NCBI GenBank assembly: GCA_046759165.1
Contig: JBHIBS010000001.1
Span: forward strand, 22,304-86,303
From: a bacterium
Lineage (GTDB): Bacteria > UBA6262 > WVXT01
Length of the DNA: 64,000 nt
Direction of reading: 5' to 3'
Shown: positions 9,824 through 19,933 of the stretch, in pieces
How the letters are laid out: every line of letters starts with the position of its first letter
Position numbering within the stretch: position 1 is the first letter of the stretch
Made by a program: the position numbers and the translations under genes
The notes under the pieces: generated by a model
What the model was told of the DNA's origin: nothing
The model's database searches: none
What the model saw: only the letters and a program-made list of their open reading frames with translations

Positions 9824-10045
9824 CTATTTTGAGGCCTTTCCCTTTGTGGTTCCCCTCCGATTGATATCCTTACTGGCCACTTCGTATAGCGCTTCCACAA
9901 TTCTCTCAGGTGTCATCTTGATTTTTCCGTCTTTCTTCGTTTTCTCTTTTAATAACTTTGAGGTTAAAAGGATCAACTTGTATTTATTAGATACATTATC
10001 GAGCAACAATTTATCGAGTGGAGGTTTAGCTTTGTCTTTTCCCAT
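9824..10045 (-). CDS. rpoZ: RNA polymerase omega subunit
   Basis: PPLDKLL...NKYKLI...ALYEV; gmk-rpoZ-coaBC synteny. Confidence 0.8.
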   Translation of the reverse strand: MGKDKAKPPLDKLLLDNVSNKYKLILLTSKLLKEKTKKDGKIKMTPERIVEALYEVASKDINRRGTTKGKASK

Positions 10046-10093
10046 TCTTTCTAATCCAGCTAAATCCGGAATTTGGCAGATTTAAACATTTCG

Positions 10094-10702
10094 CTACAGA
10101 AGATTCAGTTTCTGTATCTTTTCTTTCGACCTTCTTACTCTATTCTTTTCCGCCACTACAATGCATTTAAGCTGCCTGAAAGCATCTACTAATCGATCAT
10201 TAATCACTAAATAGTCATAACTTCTTAGCCGTCGTATTTCCCACCGAGCATTAGTGAGTCTTTTTTTAATAGTTGCAGCGTTGTTCCTCCTTCGTCCCTT
10301 AAGCCTTCCCGCCAATTCAGAAAACGAGGGAGGTGCAAGGAAGATAAAGACCGCCTCAGGATACTTCTTCTTCAATTTCATCGCACCCCGCACATCTATG
10401 TCCAATATAATGTCTTTCCCTTTAGCCAGATTTCTTTCCACAAAATCCTTAGGCGTACCGTAGTAGTGACCATGAACGAATGCCCACTCTGCAAGCTCAG
10501 CCATTTTGATCTTCTTTTTAAACTCATTCCTTGAGACAAAGAAGTAATCCTTCCCCTCAGCTTCTCCACGCCGCGGATTTCTTGTAGTGACCGAGACCGA
10601 ATAGCAGGCGTTTGGAAGATCGTTAATTAATTTTCTGCAAAGAGTCGATTTACCTGTACCCGAAGGAGCAGATATAATTATGAGTAGTCCAGATTCAACC
10701 AT
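10094..10702 (-). CDS. gmk: Guanylate kinase
   Basis: SAPSGTGKST, TTR.PR.GE.EGKDY, YYGT, DIDVRG. Confidence 0.97.
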   Translation of the reverse strand: MVESGLLIIISAPSGTGKSTLCRKLINDLPNACYSVSVTTRNPRRGEAEGKDYFFVSRNEFKKKIKMAELAEWAFVHGHYYGTPKDFVERNLAKGKDIILDIDVRGAMKLKKKYPEAVFIFLAPPSFSELAGRLKGRRRNNAATIKKRLTNARWEIRRLRSYDYLVINDRLVDAFRQLKCIVVAEKNRVRRSKEKIQKLNLL

Positions 10703-10707
10703 TAGTT

Positions 10708-11022
10708 TTACTTCCGTTTGCTTAATTTATACTGATTCGTTCTAGGAGAAGTCTCTAGCATCTTCTTGTCGGCCTTTTCTCTCTTCTGTTGAAATCTCTC
10801 GCTAATCGTCTCTGGCTGCAATGCGGATAAGATAACGTGGTTACTATCCGTAATGATTACTGAGCGGGTACGCCGGCCACGGGTGGCATCAATCAAGCTA
10901 CCCCTCTCTTTGGCTACTTCTATCAACCTTTTCACGGGCGAAGAATCGGGATTAACTACCGTGATAATTCTCTGGCCAACAACTATGTTACTAAAACCTA
11001 TATTAATCAATCTCACTACCAT
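10708..11022 (-). CDS. remA: DUF370 / RemA-family regulator
   Basis: LINIGF.N.V...RI...[34 protein letters not shown]. Confidence 0.92.
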   Translation of the reverse strand: MVVRLINIGFSNIVVGQRIITVVNPDSSPVKRLIEVAKERGSLIDATRGRRTRSVIITDSNHVILSALQPETISERFQQKREKADKKMLETSPRTNQYKLSKRK

Positions 11023-11088
11023 TCTTTCTCCTTTGGGAACGGTTATATTAAAATTAAACCGATATTATAATTAAAGGTGGGCAAGATG

Positions 11089-11832
11089 TCAAATACTAAT
11101 TATTCTTATATTACCCCAGAATCCAAACTGGTCATCCTTAATTATAACTACTCCCTTAATCCCTTCAATACTCTTGGCAAAATTGATTCCTTTGGCAATA
11201 TCTCGACTCTCCTTTATTAAATTCCCCATACCGGTAGCACAGGCATCAGCCAGAGCACTGGAATTAGAAACGGCCACCGCCACATCGGCTCGACCGAAAC
11301 TGAAAGAATGACCCTGAGTTCCACTTGAAGCACAGATCCCAAGGGGAGTATCTGCGGGATGGACTTCAAGACCAACCCGGTTAGAAACCTCATCGGATCC
11401 ACAGTAGATTCCTACCTTGCGGAGTTTAGTAGTTTTTATAAAGACATCACCACCATTCTCAATTAATACATCCGAAATCTCCTCAGACAATTTTCTTCCC
11501 ACCGCACCAGCGATCGCGCCGGCCACTGAGGCAAAAGGGCCTACATTGGCAAGCAGCGCTGCACGGGCCATCTCTTTAATAATTTCTGGAGCATCAGAAT
11601 CTACAGCCACAGGTCGAAAACTCACCTCAAAAATCGGGTAATTCCTTATATAATTCTCAATATCCCGCCGGCATTCTTCTATCAATTTCTCTGTTTTCGC
11701 GATGATACTTTCTAGATTTCCCTTTTTTCTCTTATCCACAGCTACGTATATGTCTGTTTCTTTCTCCTTAATTCTGAAGCTCACTAGGTCTTTGCTTTTG
11801 AACAATTCGCGATATCTTCTTTTCTCTCCCAT
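11089..11832 (-). CDS. UPF0280 / ApbE-superfamily protein
   Basis: VGPFASVAGAIA, ENGGD, SSGT.GHS.SFG.AD, LADA.AT. Confidence 0.88.
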   Translation of the reverse strand: MGEKRRYRELFKSKDLVSFRIKEKETDIYVAVDKRKKGNLESIIAKTEKLIEECRRDIENYIRNYPIFEVSFRPVAVDSDAPEIIKEMARAALLANVGPFASVAGAIAGAVGRKLSEEISDVLIENGGDVFIKTTKLRKVGIYCGSDEVSNRVGLEVHPADTPLGICASSGTQGHSFSFGRADVAVAVSNSSALADACATGMGNLIKESRDIAKGINFAKSIEGIKGVVIIKDDQFGFWGNIRIISI

Positions 11833-12775
11833 TCTGTTCTATCCCTATATCCTTTCTTAATTTGGTAATTACCTTTTTGAATTCCTTGGGGAAGGGGGCA
11901 GTAAATTCCACCCAATCCTTTCTAACAGGATGAACGAATCCCAATCTATATGCATGTAGGAGCTGTTGGCTCACCTCCCAATTCTTTGGAGCGGGCCGCC
12001 CATACTGACCATCTCCCACAACAGGATGTCCGATGTGTGCCAGATGGACCCTTATCTGATGCGTCCTCCCTGTCTTTGGTCTTACCTCCAAAAGTGTAAA
12101 ATCTCCTAAAATTTCACGCACTCTAAAATGGGTAATTGCTTGGCGGCTACTTATCGAGGTCACAGCCATCTTCCTCCGGTCTGTAGTCTTTCTACCCACT
12201 GGCGCCTCGATAGTTCCTTCTGGATTCATAATTTTCCCGAAAACTAAGGCCAGATACACCTTTTCCACTTTCTTATCCTCAAACTGTTTTGCCAAACGGG
12301 ACAAGGAGGTGCTATTCTTGGCAACAACCATAACCCCAGAAGTGTCCTTATCCAAGCGGTGAACAAGCCCCACTCGATTAATATCAGGAAATTTTCCGCT
12401 GGCTAAACTGGGGAAATGGTATAGAAGAGCATTCACCAATGTGCCCGAATAGTTTCCACATGCGGGATGAACTACCATGCCAGCCGGTTTGTTGAGCACA
12501 ATTACAGCTTCATCTTCATAGATGATATTCAGAGGAATTTTTTCAGGAAGGGCCTTGTGAGGCTTGACTGGGAGTAAGTTTATGGTAACTACATCTTTTC
12601 CCTTGACTTTATAATGTCTGGAGACAGTCTTGCCGTTAACTAGTATATCTCCCTCCGCAATCATCTTTTGCAGGGAGCTTCTGGAATGGCCTGGAAAAGA
12701 AAAAGACAAATATAAGTCGAGTCTCTTCCCTTTTTCGCCCTTACGCACAACAAATTCTTTTGTCTCGTTAACCAA
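11768..12775 (-). CDS. rluD: RluA/RluD-family pseudouridine synthase with S4 domain
   Basis: NKPAGMVVHP, VHRLDKDTSG, TGRTHQIRVH. Confidence 0.9.
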   Translation of the reverse strand: MVNETKEFVVRKGEKGKRLDLYLSFSFPGHSRSSLQKMIAEGDILVNGKTVSRHYKVKGKDVVTINLLPVKPHKALPEKIPLNIIYEDEAVIVLNKPAGMVVHPACGNYSGTLVNALLYHFPSLASGKFPDINRVGLVHRLDKDTSGVMVVAKNSTSLSRLAKQFEDKKVEKVYLALVFGKIMNPEGTIEAPVGRKTTDRRKMAVTSISSRQAITHFRVREILGDFTLLEVRPKTGRTHQIRVHLAHIGHPVVGDGQYGRPAPKNWEVSQQLLHAYRLGFVHPVRKDWVEFTAPFPKEFKKVITKLRKDIGIEQNGREKKISRIVQKQRPSELQN

Positions 12776-13217
12776 CGGTTTTCTCCTTACTTGGCCGCTT
12801 CTTTAAAAGAAAAAAAACCATAAGAATGCCGCCAATACAGACACCCGAATCGGCAAGGTTAAATACAGGCCAGATGCGGAAATCTAAAAAATCGATTACA
12901 AATCCGAACCTCAACCTGTCAATAAGATTACCCAAAGCACCACCCAAAACTAACCCTAAACAGAACCTTTCCCTTGGGGACTTGAGAGCCTTTTTTCTTT
13001 CAAAAAAGACAATAAATAGAATAACAATTAAGGAAATAATGATAAAAAGAGAGTGCCCTTGAGGAAAAAGCCCGAAGGCAATGCCAGTATTCTCAACATA
13101 AGTGATGTGGAATACACTCTGTATAACTGGAATTGACTCAGTAAGAGACATCTTTTGTCTGATTAAATACTTAGAGAGTTGGTCCAGAGATAGTAGAATT
13201 AGAGCAATTAAGTACAC
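12768..13217 (-). CDS. lspA: Lipoprotein signal peptidase
   Basis: DQLSK, NTGIAFG, GALGNLIDR, VIDF, FNLAD. Confidence 0.96.
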   Translation of the reverse strand: MYLIALILLSLDQLSKYLIRQKMSLTESIPVIQSVFHITYVENTGIAFGLFPQGHSLFIIISLIVILFIVFFERKKALKSPRERFCLGLVLGGALGNLIDRLRFGFVIDFLDFRIWPVFNLADSGVCIGGILMVFFLLKKRPSKEKTVG

Positions 13218-13250
13218 TAAATCTTTATCCTCCGGTCGGGAGAATTGCTC

Positions 13251-16085
13251 TCACAGATTCCTCACCACTTCTACACATCTTGCACAAAGCTGGGGATGCT
13301 CTCTGTTCCCCCCGACAGCGGGACTCCAGTTCCAGCAGCGCACGCACTTTTTTCCCGGGGCCCTTTTCACCACCATATATAGTCCGGGTATCTCTTCACC
13401 TTTCATCATGGCTTTTGATTTGTCCTTCCCTACCTCGGACGACACTAATGGTACTTCCTCGAAAACCTTCACTTCAGAAACAATGAAAATCTCCTTCCAA
13501 TTTCTCTCATAATTATGGAGGAGGGTGGTCAGCTCCTTTTCCTGGGTATAAAGGTCCACTTCTGCTTCAAGAGAACTCCCGATAATCTTCTCCTTTCGCG
13601 CAATCTCCAGTGCCTTCACAACACTTCTCCTAATGAGCAAAATCTTCTCCCACTTCTTTGCCAATTGTTCGTCCCAATACTTTTTCTCCACCCGAGGAAG
13701 ATTGGTCAAAAAGACACTCGGCTCCTTAATTTCTGGCATCATCTGCCACGCCTCTTCGGCAGTATGTGCCAGAATTGGTGCAGTGAGCTTAATCAAACTT
13801 ACTGCTATCTCATAAAGAACTGTCTGAGCGGACCTTCTGGGAAGAGAATTTCTGCCAAAAGTATAGAGCCTGTCCTTAAGCACATCCAGATAGAACGAGG
13901 AGAGCTCTCTGGTGCAGAAATTGTGGATAGCCGTATAAACCCGATGTAATTCGAAAGATTCGTAACCATCTACCACTTGGGAAATCAATTCCTGCAATCT
14001 ATGGAGCATCCACTGATCGATTTCTGACATATGTTCGTATCTTACCTTTTTTGAAAGATTGAAATCGTTCAAGTTTCCTAAAAGGAAACGGAAAGTGTTT
14101 CTGATCCGTCGATAAGCCTCGACGAGATGACCGAGAATCTCTGAGGAAATGCGCACATCTTCACGGTAGTCTTCCGAAGCAACCCATAGCCTTAAAATCT
14201 CAGCACCATACTTTTCGATAATTTCCTGAGGTGAAATTACATTACCTATCGATTTGGACATTTTTCTGCCTTCACCATCAACAACAAACCCATGAGTTAA
14301 AACACTCTTAAAGGGAGCCGTCTTTCCCAGGGCAACTGCAACAATTAACGAGGTCTGAAACCAACCTCTGTGCTGGTCTGAGCCCTCCAAGTATAAGTCT
14401 GCGGGCCAGGATAGGTTTTCTCGCTCTCTCAGAACAGCTTCATGACTAACTCCGGAATCGAACCAGACATCCAGAATATCTTTCTCTTTAATGAATTCCC
14501 TTTCTTTGCACCTGCGGCACTTTGTACCTCCTGGCAGAATTTCTTCTTCTTTTCTTATATACCAAGCATCGCTTCCCTCTCTCAGAATCAAATCCTGGAC
14601 AGCACCTATGCTCTCTTCAGACATCAGCGGTTCCCCACAATTTTTACAGTAGAAGATGGGAAGTGGAACTCCCCAATACCTTTGGCGGGAAAGACACCAA
14701 TCTGGTCTCCCTTCCACCATCGCCGAGATTCTATTTTCTCCAATTTTGGGAATCCACTTCACCTCTCTTATTGCTTCCAGCATCTTTTCCCTAAGCTTGT
14801 TCTTATGCACATCCAGAAACCACTGTTCTGTAGCCCGGAAAATAATCGGCTTCTTGCAGCGCCAACAATGGGGATAGGTGTGGACAATCTCTTCGGAGTG
14901 CAGAAGGTGAGAGGAATTCCTCAATTTTTCTATAATTAGCATGTTAGAAGAAAAAACTTCCACTCCTGAGAATTGTGGAACTTCCTCGGTAAACCTTCCT
15001 TTATCATCTACAGGAGCTAGAACCGGAAGCTCATATTTCAACCCAATCTGGTAATCTTCCTGTCCGTGGCCTGGAGCAATGTGAACTATCCCGGTCCCTT
15101 CTTCTATGGTCACGAAATTGGCACAGATGCCGACAGAATCCCTTCCCATAAAAGGATGAGAGCAGACAATTCCTTCGAGATCTTTACCTTTCCAAACCTT
15201 CAGAATATTATAATTTTCGATTCCAAATCTTTCCATCAGATTTGATGTTAATTCCTTAGCTACAATTATTACTTCTTCTTTTGAAGAAGGATGCGAAGGA
15301 GATAACTTTACCCATGCATATTCATATTCTGGGTGAAAAGCAAAAGCTACATTGGCGGGTAAAGTCCAGGGAGTTGTTGTCCAGATTACAACGGAAGTAG
15401 GAAGTATAAATTGACTCTCTTTGTCTTTTCCCAACTTCTTGACTGGGAATTTCGCATAGACAGAATGGGAAGTGTGATTGGAATACTCCACTTCGGCTTC
15501 GGCCAGAGCTGTCTGGCAATTTGCACACCAATAGACTGGCTTCTTTCCTCTATAAATATAACCTTGCGCAACAAGACGTTTGAATATCTCGATGATTTTA
15601 CCCTCGTAATCGTAAGACATTGTTAAATAGGGATTTTCCCAGTCACCAAAAATGCCCAATCGCTTGAACTCTTCTTTCTGAATGTGGGCAAACTCTTCCG
15701 CATAAGCCCGCGCTTTCCTCCGGAATTCAACCCTGTCTATCTCTTCTTTCCTAAGACCCAGGCTCTTTAACAGTTGGTATTCGATAGGCAGCCCATGGCA
15801 ATCCCATCCAGGAACGAAAGGAACACTGAACCCTTCCATCAATTTAAATTTAATGACTATATCCTTAAGAATCTTATTCAAGGCATGCCCCATATGGATG
15901 TTTCCATTAGCATAAGGTGGACCATCATGAAGGACATACCTGGGTCCATTCTTATTCTTTTCCTGGATAGCTTCGTACGATCTCATCTCTTCCCATCTTT
16001 TCTGTATCTGCAGTTCGCGTTTTGGCAAATCGGCTTTCATCTGAAACTGAGTAGTGGGAAGGTTTATTGTCTTATTGTATTCCAT
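13251..16085 (-). CDS. ileS: Isoleucyl-tRNA synthetase (bacterial type 1)
   Basis: LHDGPPYANG, HMGH, GWDCHGLPIE, KMSKS, C-terminal CxRCW...LCxRC zinc finger. Confidence 0.98.
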   Translation of the reverse strand: MEYNKTINLPTTQFQMKADLPKRELQIQKRWEEMRSYEAIQEKNKNGPRYVLHDGPPYANGNIHMGHALNKILKDIVIKFKLMEGFSVPFVPGWDCHGLPIEYQLLKSLGLRKEEIDRVEFRRKARAYAEEFAHIQKEEFKRLGIFGDWENPYLTMSYDYEGKIIEIFKRLVAQGYIYRGKKPVYWCANCQTALAEAEVEYSNHTSHSVYAKFPVKKLGKDKESQFILPTSVVIWTTTPWTLPANVAFAFHPEYEYAWVKLSPSHPSSKEEVIIVAKELTSNLMERFGIENYNILKVWKGKDLEGIVCSHPFMGRDSVGICANFVTIEEGTGIVHIAPGHGQEDYQIGLKYELPVLAPVDDKGRFTEEVPQFSGVEVFSSNMLIIEKLRNSSHLLHSEEIVHTYPHCWRCKKPIIFRATEQWFLDVHKNKLREKMLEAIREVKWIPKIGENRISAMVEGRPDWCLSRQRYWGVPLPIFYCKNCGEPLMSEESIGAVQDLILREGSDAWYIRKEEEILPGGTKCRRCKEREFIKEKDILDVWFDSGVSHEAVLRERENLSWPADLYLEGSDQHRGWFQTSLIVAVALGKTAPFKSVLTHGFVVDGEGRKMSKSIGNVISPQEIIEKYGAEILRLWVASEDYREDVRISSEILGHLVEAYRRIRNTFRFLLGNLNDFNLSKKVRYEHMSEIDQWMLHRLQELISQVVDGYESFELHRVYTAIHNFCTRELSSFYLDVLKDRLYTFGRNSLPRRSAQTVLYEIAVSLIKLTAPILAHTAEEAWQMMPEIKEPSVFLTNLPRVEKKYWDEQLAKKWEKILLIRRSVVKALEIARKEKIIGSSLEAEVDLYTQEKELTTLLHNYERNWKEIFIVSEVKVFEEVPLVSSEVGKDKSKAMMKGEEIPGLYMVVKRAPGKKCVRCWNWSPAVGGNREHPQLCARCVEVVRNL

Positions 16086-17133
16086 TTTTCAATCTTCTAG
16101 GGTGAAAAAACCTGACCATTTTCTTTCTATTGGGATGCCTGATAACACTTCTCTCAGTTATAATAGCACTCACTAACTCATGTGGTGTAAGGTCAAAAGC
16201 CGGGTTGAAGACAGCCATATTTTGGGGAGCAATTCTCCTTCCCTGTAATTCCAGAACTTCCTTGGGATCCCTCTCCTCAATCACGATATCGCCACCCTTA
16301 TGAGTCCTCATATCAACAGTGGTGGAAGGAGCCGCAACGTAGAAGGGAACATCGTGATACCTCGCTAAAACAGCTAAAGCATAGGTCCCGATCTTGTTAA
16401 CCACATCGCCATTTGCGGCAATTCGGTCGGCGCCCACAATGACACAACCGACAACGCCCTTCTGCATGAGATGCCCAGCCATATTATCGGTCACCAAAAC
16501 AGATGGGATCTTATCATGAACAAGCTCCCACGCGGTCAGACGGGCTCCCTGCAGTGCCGGACGTGTCTCATCCACAAAAACTTTCTTTATCCTGCCTTTG
16601 CTGTAAGCTGCTCTAATCACCCCCAGGGCTGTTCCATAACCTGCTGTAGCCAGTGAACCTGTATTGCAATGAGTAAGAATATTGGCCGGCTTATTAATTA
16701 ACTTCAGTCCATTTTTGCCAATTTGTTTGTTTAATCTAATGTCCTCTTTTAGCATATTAATGGCTTCCTTTTCAAGAGTATATTTGATCTCTTGTAAAGA
16801 TTTCTTACAGTTCTTTCTGGCTAAGCCAAAGAGCCTCTCAATTGCCCAGAAGAGATTTGCTCCCGTTGGTCGGGTGTGTAAGAATCGATTTGCTATGGCG
16901 TCTAACTTTTTGAAGAACTCATCTCTGCTTCTGGCCTTGATACTTCTTGCACCCAGAGCCAGTCCCATAGCAGAAGCAATGCCAATAGCAGGAGCGCCGC
17001 GGATCGACATCCTTTCAATACAACGGGCAACTTTCTGGTAGTTCTTACACTCAATTACTTCTTCTTTATGAGGGAGCTTAGTCTGATCTAAGATATAGAC
17101 TTTTCCTTCTTTCCACCAGATTGTCTTAACCAT
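16072..17133 (-). CDS. mtnA: S-methyl-5-thioribose-1-phosphate isomerase
   Basis: LDQTKLP, IRGAPAIG, THCNTGSLAT..YGTA, ETRP.LQG.RLT, GADRI..NGD..NKIG. Confidence 0.95.
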   Translation of the reverse strand: MVKTIWWKEGKVYILDQTKLPHKEEVIECKNYQKVARCIERMSIRGAPAIGIASAMGLALGARSIKARSRDEFFKKLDAIANRFLHTRPTGANLFWAIERLFGLARKNCKKSLQEIKYTLEKEAINMLKEDIRLNKQIGKNGLKLINKPANILTHCNTGSLATAGYGTALGVIRAAYSKGRIKKVFVDETRPALQGARLTAWELVHDKIPSVLVTDNMAGHLMQKGVVGCVIVGADRIAANGDVVNKIGTYALAVLARYHDVPFYVAAPSTTVDMRTHKGGDIVIEERDPKEVLELQGRRIAPQNMAVFNPAFDLTPHELVSAIITERSVIRHPNRKKMVRFFHPRRLKNGIQ

Positions 17134-17136
17134 TTT

Positions 17137-17406
17137 CTATTTTATTATGAAAGAACCTACCAGCCAAAAGAGTAGAACAAATATCACCAGAAGTGTGATG
17201 GAAAGGGTAGACTCTTCCTGAATCGGTATAAACTTCCGCGCCTGATTGAGGATGAGCTCCGAAAAGTCCTTAATAATCGGCCCACCCAAAACGGTGCTTA
17301 AATCTTTGCCTTGCCTGGTCAGAATGAACTTGGCTAAGACTACAAGGAACAGGATAATTAACAAACTGTTAATCAGGCAACCGAGGACATTTAGTAGAAA
17401 TTGCAT
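17137..17406 (-). CDS. Small membrane protein, probably divergent YggT family
   Basis: Two hydrophobic helices flanking ...L.QARKFIP; position after yggS-proC; ATG 17406 with GGAGG RBS. Confidence 0.55.
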   Translation of the reverse strand: MQFLLNVLGCLINSLLIILFLVVLAKFILTRQGKDLSTVLGGPIIKDFSELILNQARKFIPIQEESTLSITLLVIFVLLFWLVGSFIIK

Positions 17407-17421
17407 ATCCCCTCCTCTCAA

Positions 17422-18387
17422 TTAACCTGCGCTTAGCCCTTTTGACCTTCTAGCAGCCTCCTTCACGGCTGCAATCAAAATTTTCTGGAATCCTTCTTCC
17501 TCAAGATATTTCAACGCAGCTTCAGTTGTTCCGCCAGGTGATGTCACTTTTGCCCTTAAAACTTGAGGACTTTCCCCTATCTCCATAACCATTCTTGCTG
17601 CACCGAGGACCGTCTGACCAACCAGGTTTCTCGCATCCTCCTCCGACAAACCCATCTCCATTCCCGCCTCAATTAGGGATTCAATGATGTAGAATATATA
17701 CGCTGGACCGCTACCCGACAAGGCAGTTACTGCATCGAGCATCTCTTCAGGAACCTTAACCACAATTCCCACTCCACGCATCATCTGTTCTGCAATCGCC
17801 TCCTCCCCTTCACCTGCATATTTACCTGGGGAGACACCTGAGGCACCTGTCTTGACCAGAGCAGGAGTATTGGGCATCACTCTAACCACTGGAACTTCTC
17901 TGCCAAGAGTCTCCTCTATAAAGCCCGTAGTAATTCCAGCAGCGATGGAGATAATTACTTTATCTCTTGTCACGACATCCTTAATTTCAGAAAGAACCTT
18001 CCCGATTACCTGGGGCTTTACAGCCAAAACAATAACATCGCTCTTCTCCGCTGCTTCTCTGTTGTCCTTGGTAGTGGAGACTCCTTCCCTTTCACTGATA
18101 TGCTCAAGCCGCTTAGGTCTAATATCAGTAGCCAAAACTTTATCCCTACTAATGAGTCCGCTCCTCAGAACTCCGGAGATCAATGCGCTACCCATATTTC
18201 CACACCCAATGAAGGCTACCCTTTTCTCTCTCAATAAATCTCTTTTCTCCTCAGGAACCACACCGGATGAACTTTTCCTCCTTTCTCCTTTACGACGTTC
18301 AACAAAGGGAGGCCTTCCTCCGCCAGGACGGCGTCTTTCTCCCTTTCTCTTCTCTTCTCTCCGGAACTTTTGGCTATTTCGTTTCAT
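17422..18387 (-). CDS. proC: Pyrroline-5-carboxylate reductase with ~50-aa Arg-rich N-terminal extension
   Basis: FIGCGNMG, LAVKPQ, RVMPNTP, SGSGPAY, VTSPGGTT; ATG 18387 preceded by AAGGA. Confidence 0.95.
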   Translation of the reverse strand: MKRNSQKFRREEKRKGERRRPGGGRPPFVERRKGERRKSSSGVVPEEKRDLLREKRVAFIGCGNMGSALISGVLRSGLISRDKVLATDIRPKRLEHISEREGVSTTKDNREAAEKSDVIVLAVKPQVIGKVLSEIKDVVTRDKVIISIAAGITTGFIEETLGREVPVVRVMPNTPALVKTGASGVSPGKYAGEGEEAIAEQMMRGVGIVVKVPEEMLDAVTALSGSGPAYIFYIIESLIEAGMEMGLSEEDARNLVGQTVLGAARMVMEIGESPQVLRAKVTSPGGTTEAALKYLEEEGFQKILIAAVKEAARRSKGLSAG

Positions 18388-18409
18388 AACTTTCCTTCTC
18401 ACATTATTT

Positions 18410-19090
18410 TTATCGCCCAAAGATTGCCGTTCCTATCCGCACCATGTTTGAGCCTTCCTCAATAGCCACTTCAAAGTCATTACTCATACCCATCGAGAGG
18501 TATACCGTTTCCACATTCTTTATATTCTCAGCTCTTACTTCCTCCGTCAGCTCCCTCAGTTTTCTAAAGTAGGGTCTACAATCCTCCGGATTTTCATAAA
18601 GGGGTGCCATGGTCATCAGTCCTTCAACCTTTATGTTGGAAAGTCCACTAACTTCTTTCAGAAAAGTGATTACCTCTTCAGGCCTCAATCCATACTTCGA
18701 TTCTTCGCCCGATACATTCACTTCAATTAATATTTTCTGTATCTTCCCGACTTTTCTGGCCTGCTTGTCAATCTCTTTCGCCAATTTAGCGCTGTCCACG
18801 GAATGGATTAAATCAAAAATTTTGATGGCATCCTTTGCCTTGTTCCTCTGCAAGTGCCCTACCAAGTGCCAGATAACTCTATTGTCTACTTTTGCATATT
18901 TTTCTTTTGCTTCCTGAACTCGGCTCTCACCAATAATATTTGCTCCCGAGGCTATTGCCTCTTCAATCCTATCCACCTCTACTGTTTTGGTCACTGCCAC
19001 CAGAGTTATCTCCTGAGGATCTCGACCGACCAATTGCGACTTCACTCGGATCTTCTCACCAATTTTTTCTAAATTTTCCTTTATCGACAT
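18410..19090 (-). CDS. yggS: PLP homeostasis protein YggS
   Basis: [39 protein letters not shown]...VRIGTAIFG. Confidence 0.97.
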   Translation of the reverse strand: MSIKENLEKIGEKIRVKSQLVGRDPQEITLVAVTKTVEVDRIEEAIASGANIIGESRVQEAKEKYAKVDNRVIWHLVGHLQRNKAKDAIKIFDLIHSVDSAKLAKEIDKQARKVGKIQKILIEVNVSGEESKYGLRPEEVITFLKEVSGLSNIKVEGLMTMAPLYENPEDCRPYFRKLRELTEEVRAENIKNVETVYLSMGMSNDFEVAIEEGSNMVRIGTAIFGR

Positions 19091-19317
19091 ATTTTATCTA
19101 TAATGTACTGCTCTCCAACGCTCCTTGGTTAATTCTGTAACCATTTTCAATTCCATTATGGTCGGCACTTTTGCCATTTGATTTTATTTTTCCTTTATTT
19201 CTTCATTTGAGTAGCAAATTCCAGAACCAAAAAACTCATCAAGATTCGATACTTTTCCTTTTAAACAACAGAAGAACTACATTGTAGAATTGGTCTTTAA
19301 TTTTTGAAAAAACCTGT

Positions 19318-19634
19318 TACCACAGCCGTTCTAGGGTCAAAAGACCTGCGGCCTATTGTTTGCCTCTCGGCAAAAAAAAGTTTTAGACGACTTATGCGTC
19401 TACCTTTAGTCGGGCGAAAGGGAAGTCTAAATCAAGAGTTAATGAAATCCTCGAAGAAACTGCTAGAGAATTTTCTAGAAGGAGAGAAGCTCCCCGGGAA
19501 CTCAAACCGGCTGTCTCTAGAGAGAAACTCGTTGGAATAGTACTTGGCAAATTCTTAATTCTTACTTTAACAGGGATCCGTGCTAAAACCCTTATCGATG
19601 CCCTTCTATCTGCTGAAGTTAAGAGGCTCTTGAT
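19318..19634 (-). pseudogene. Degenerate single-domain PilZ protein
   Basis: One frame reads (I)KSLLTSADRRASIRVLARIPVKV...ETAGLSSRGASLLLE..LAVSSRISLTLDL...LKVDA*VV*...KQ*AAGL. RxxxR and (D>G)xSxxG motifs present; ATC instead of ATG after AGGAG; stops at 19392, 19383, 19353. Confidence 0.72.
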
Positions 19635-19654
19635 TCTCTTCTCCTTTCCAGAAT

Positions 19655-19834
19655 TTAATGGTACTTGCTATTCGATTTTTGCTTCACCCAAGAATCTATT
19701 TCTGACTTGTTGTAACGCCACTGTTTCCCAATTTTCGAGGCAGGAATTTTACCCTGTCTGGTCATTTTGTAAACTGTAACCTTACTCAACCTAAGATAAT
19801 CTGCTACTTCTTTTATAGTCATTAATCTTTGCAT
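19655..19834 (-). CDS. Xis/BldC-like (HTH_17) small DNA-binding protein, 59 aa (not in ORF track)
   Basis: MQRLMTIKEVADYLRLSKVTVYKMTRQGKIPASKIGKQWRYNKSEIDSWVK; GGGGAG RBS. Confidence 0.9.
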   Translation of the reverse strand: MQRLMTIKEVADYLRLSKVTVYKMTRQGKIPASKIGKQWRYNKSEIDSWVKQKSNSKYH

Positions 19835-19868
19835 TATCTCCCCTTTCCATTCTTCTGGTCCTTTATTA

Positions 19869-19888
19869 TATCTTTTGATATCTTTTGA
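19869..19888. promoter_or_regulatory. Perfect tandem 10-bp direct repeat (TATCTTTTGA x2), candidate operator
   Basis: Lies between predicted -10 and RBS of the HTH_17 gene; 10-bp period is one helical turn. Confidence 0.5.
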
Positions 19889-19904
19889 CTTTTCGTAATA
19901 TTTA

Positions 19905-19933
19905 ATGATATATCATACCCAAAAAGAAGTCAA
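19905..19933 (-). promoter_or_regulatory. Putative sigma70 promoter for the HTH_17 gene
   Basis: TTGACT-17 nt-TATCAT; -35 overlaps the pgeF stop codon. Confidence 0.65.

Noticed and set aside
19304-19540. 78-aa plus-strand ORF
   Set aside because: Antisense shadow of the PilZ pseudogene; no RBS or recognisable motif.
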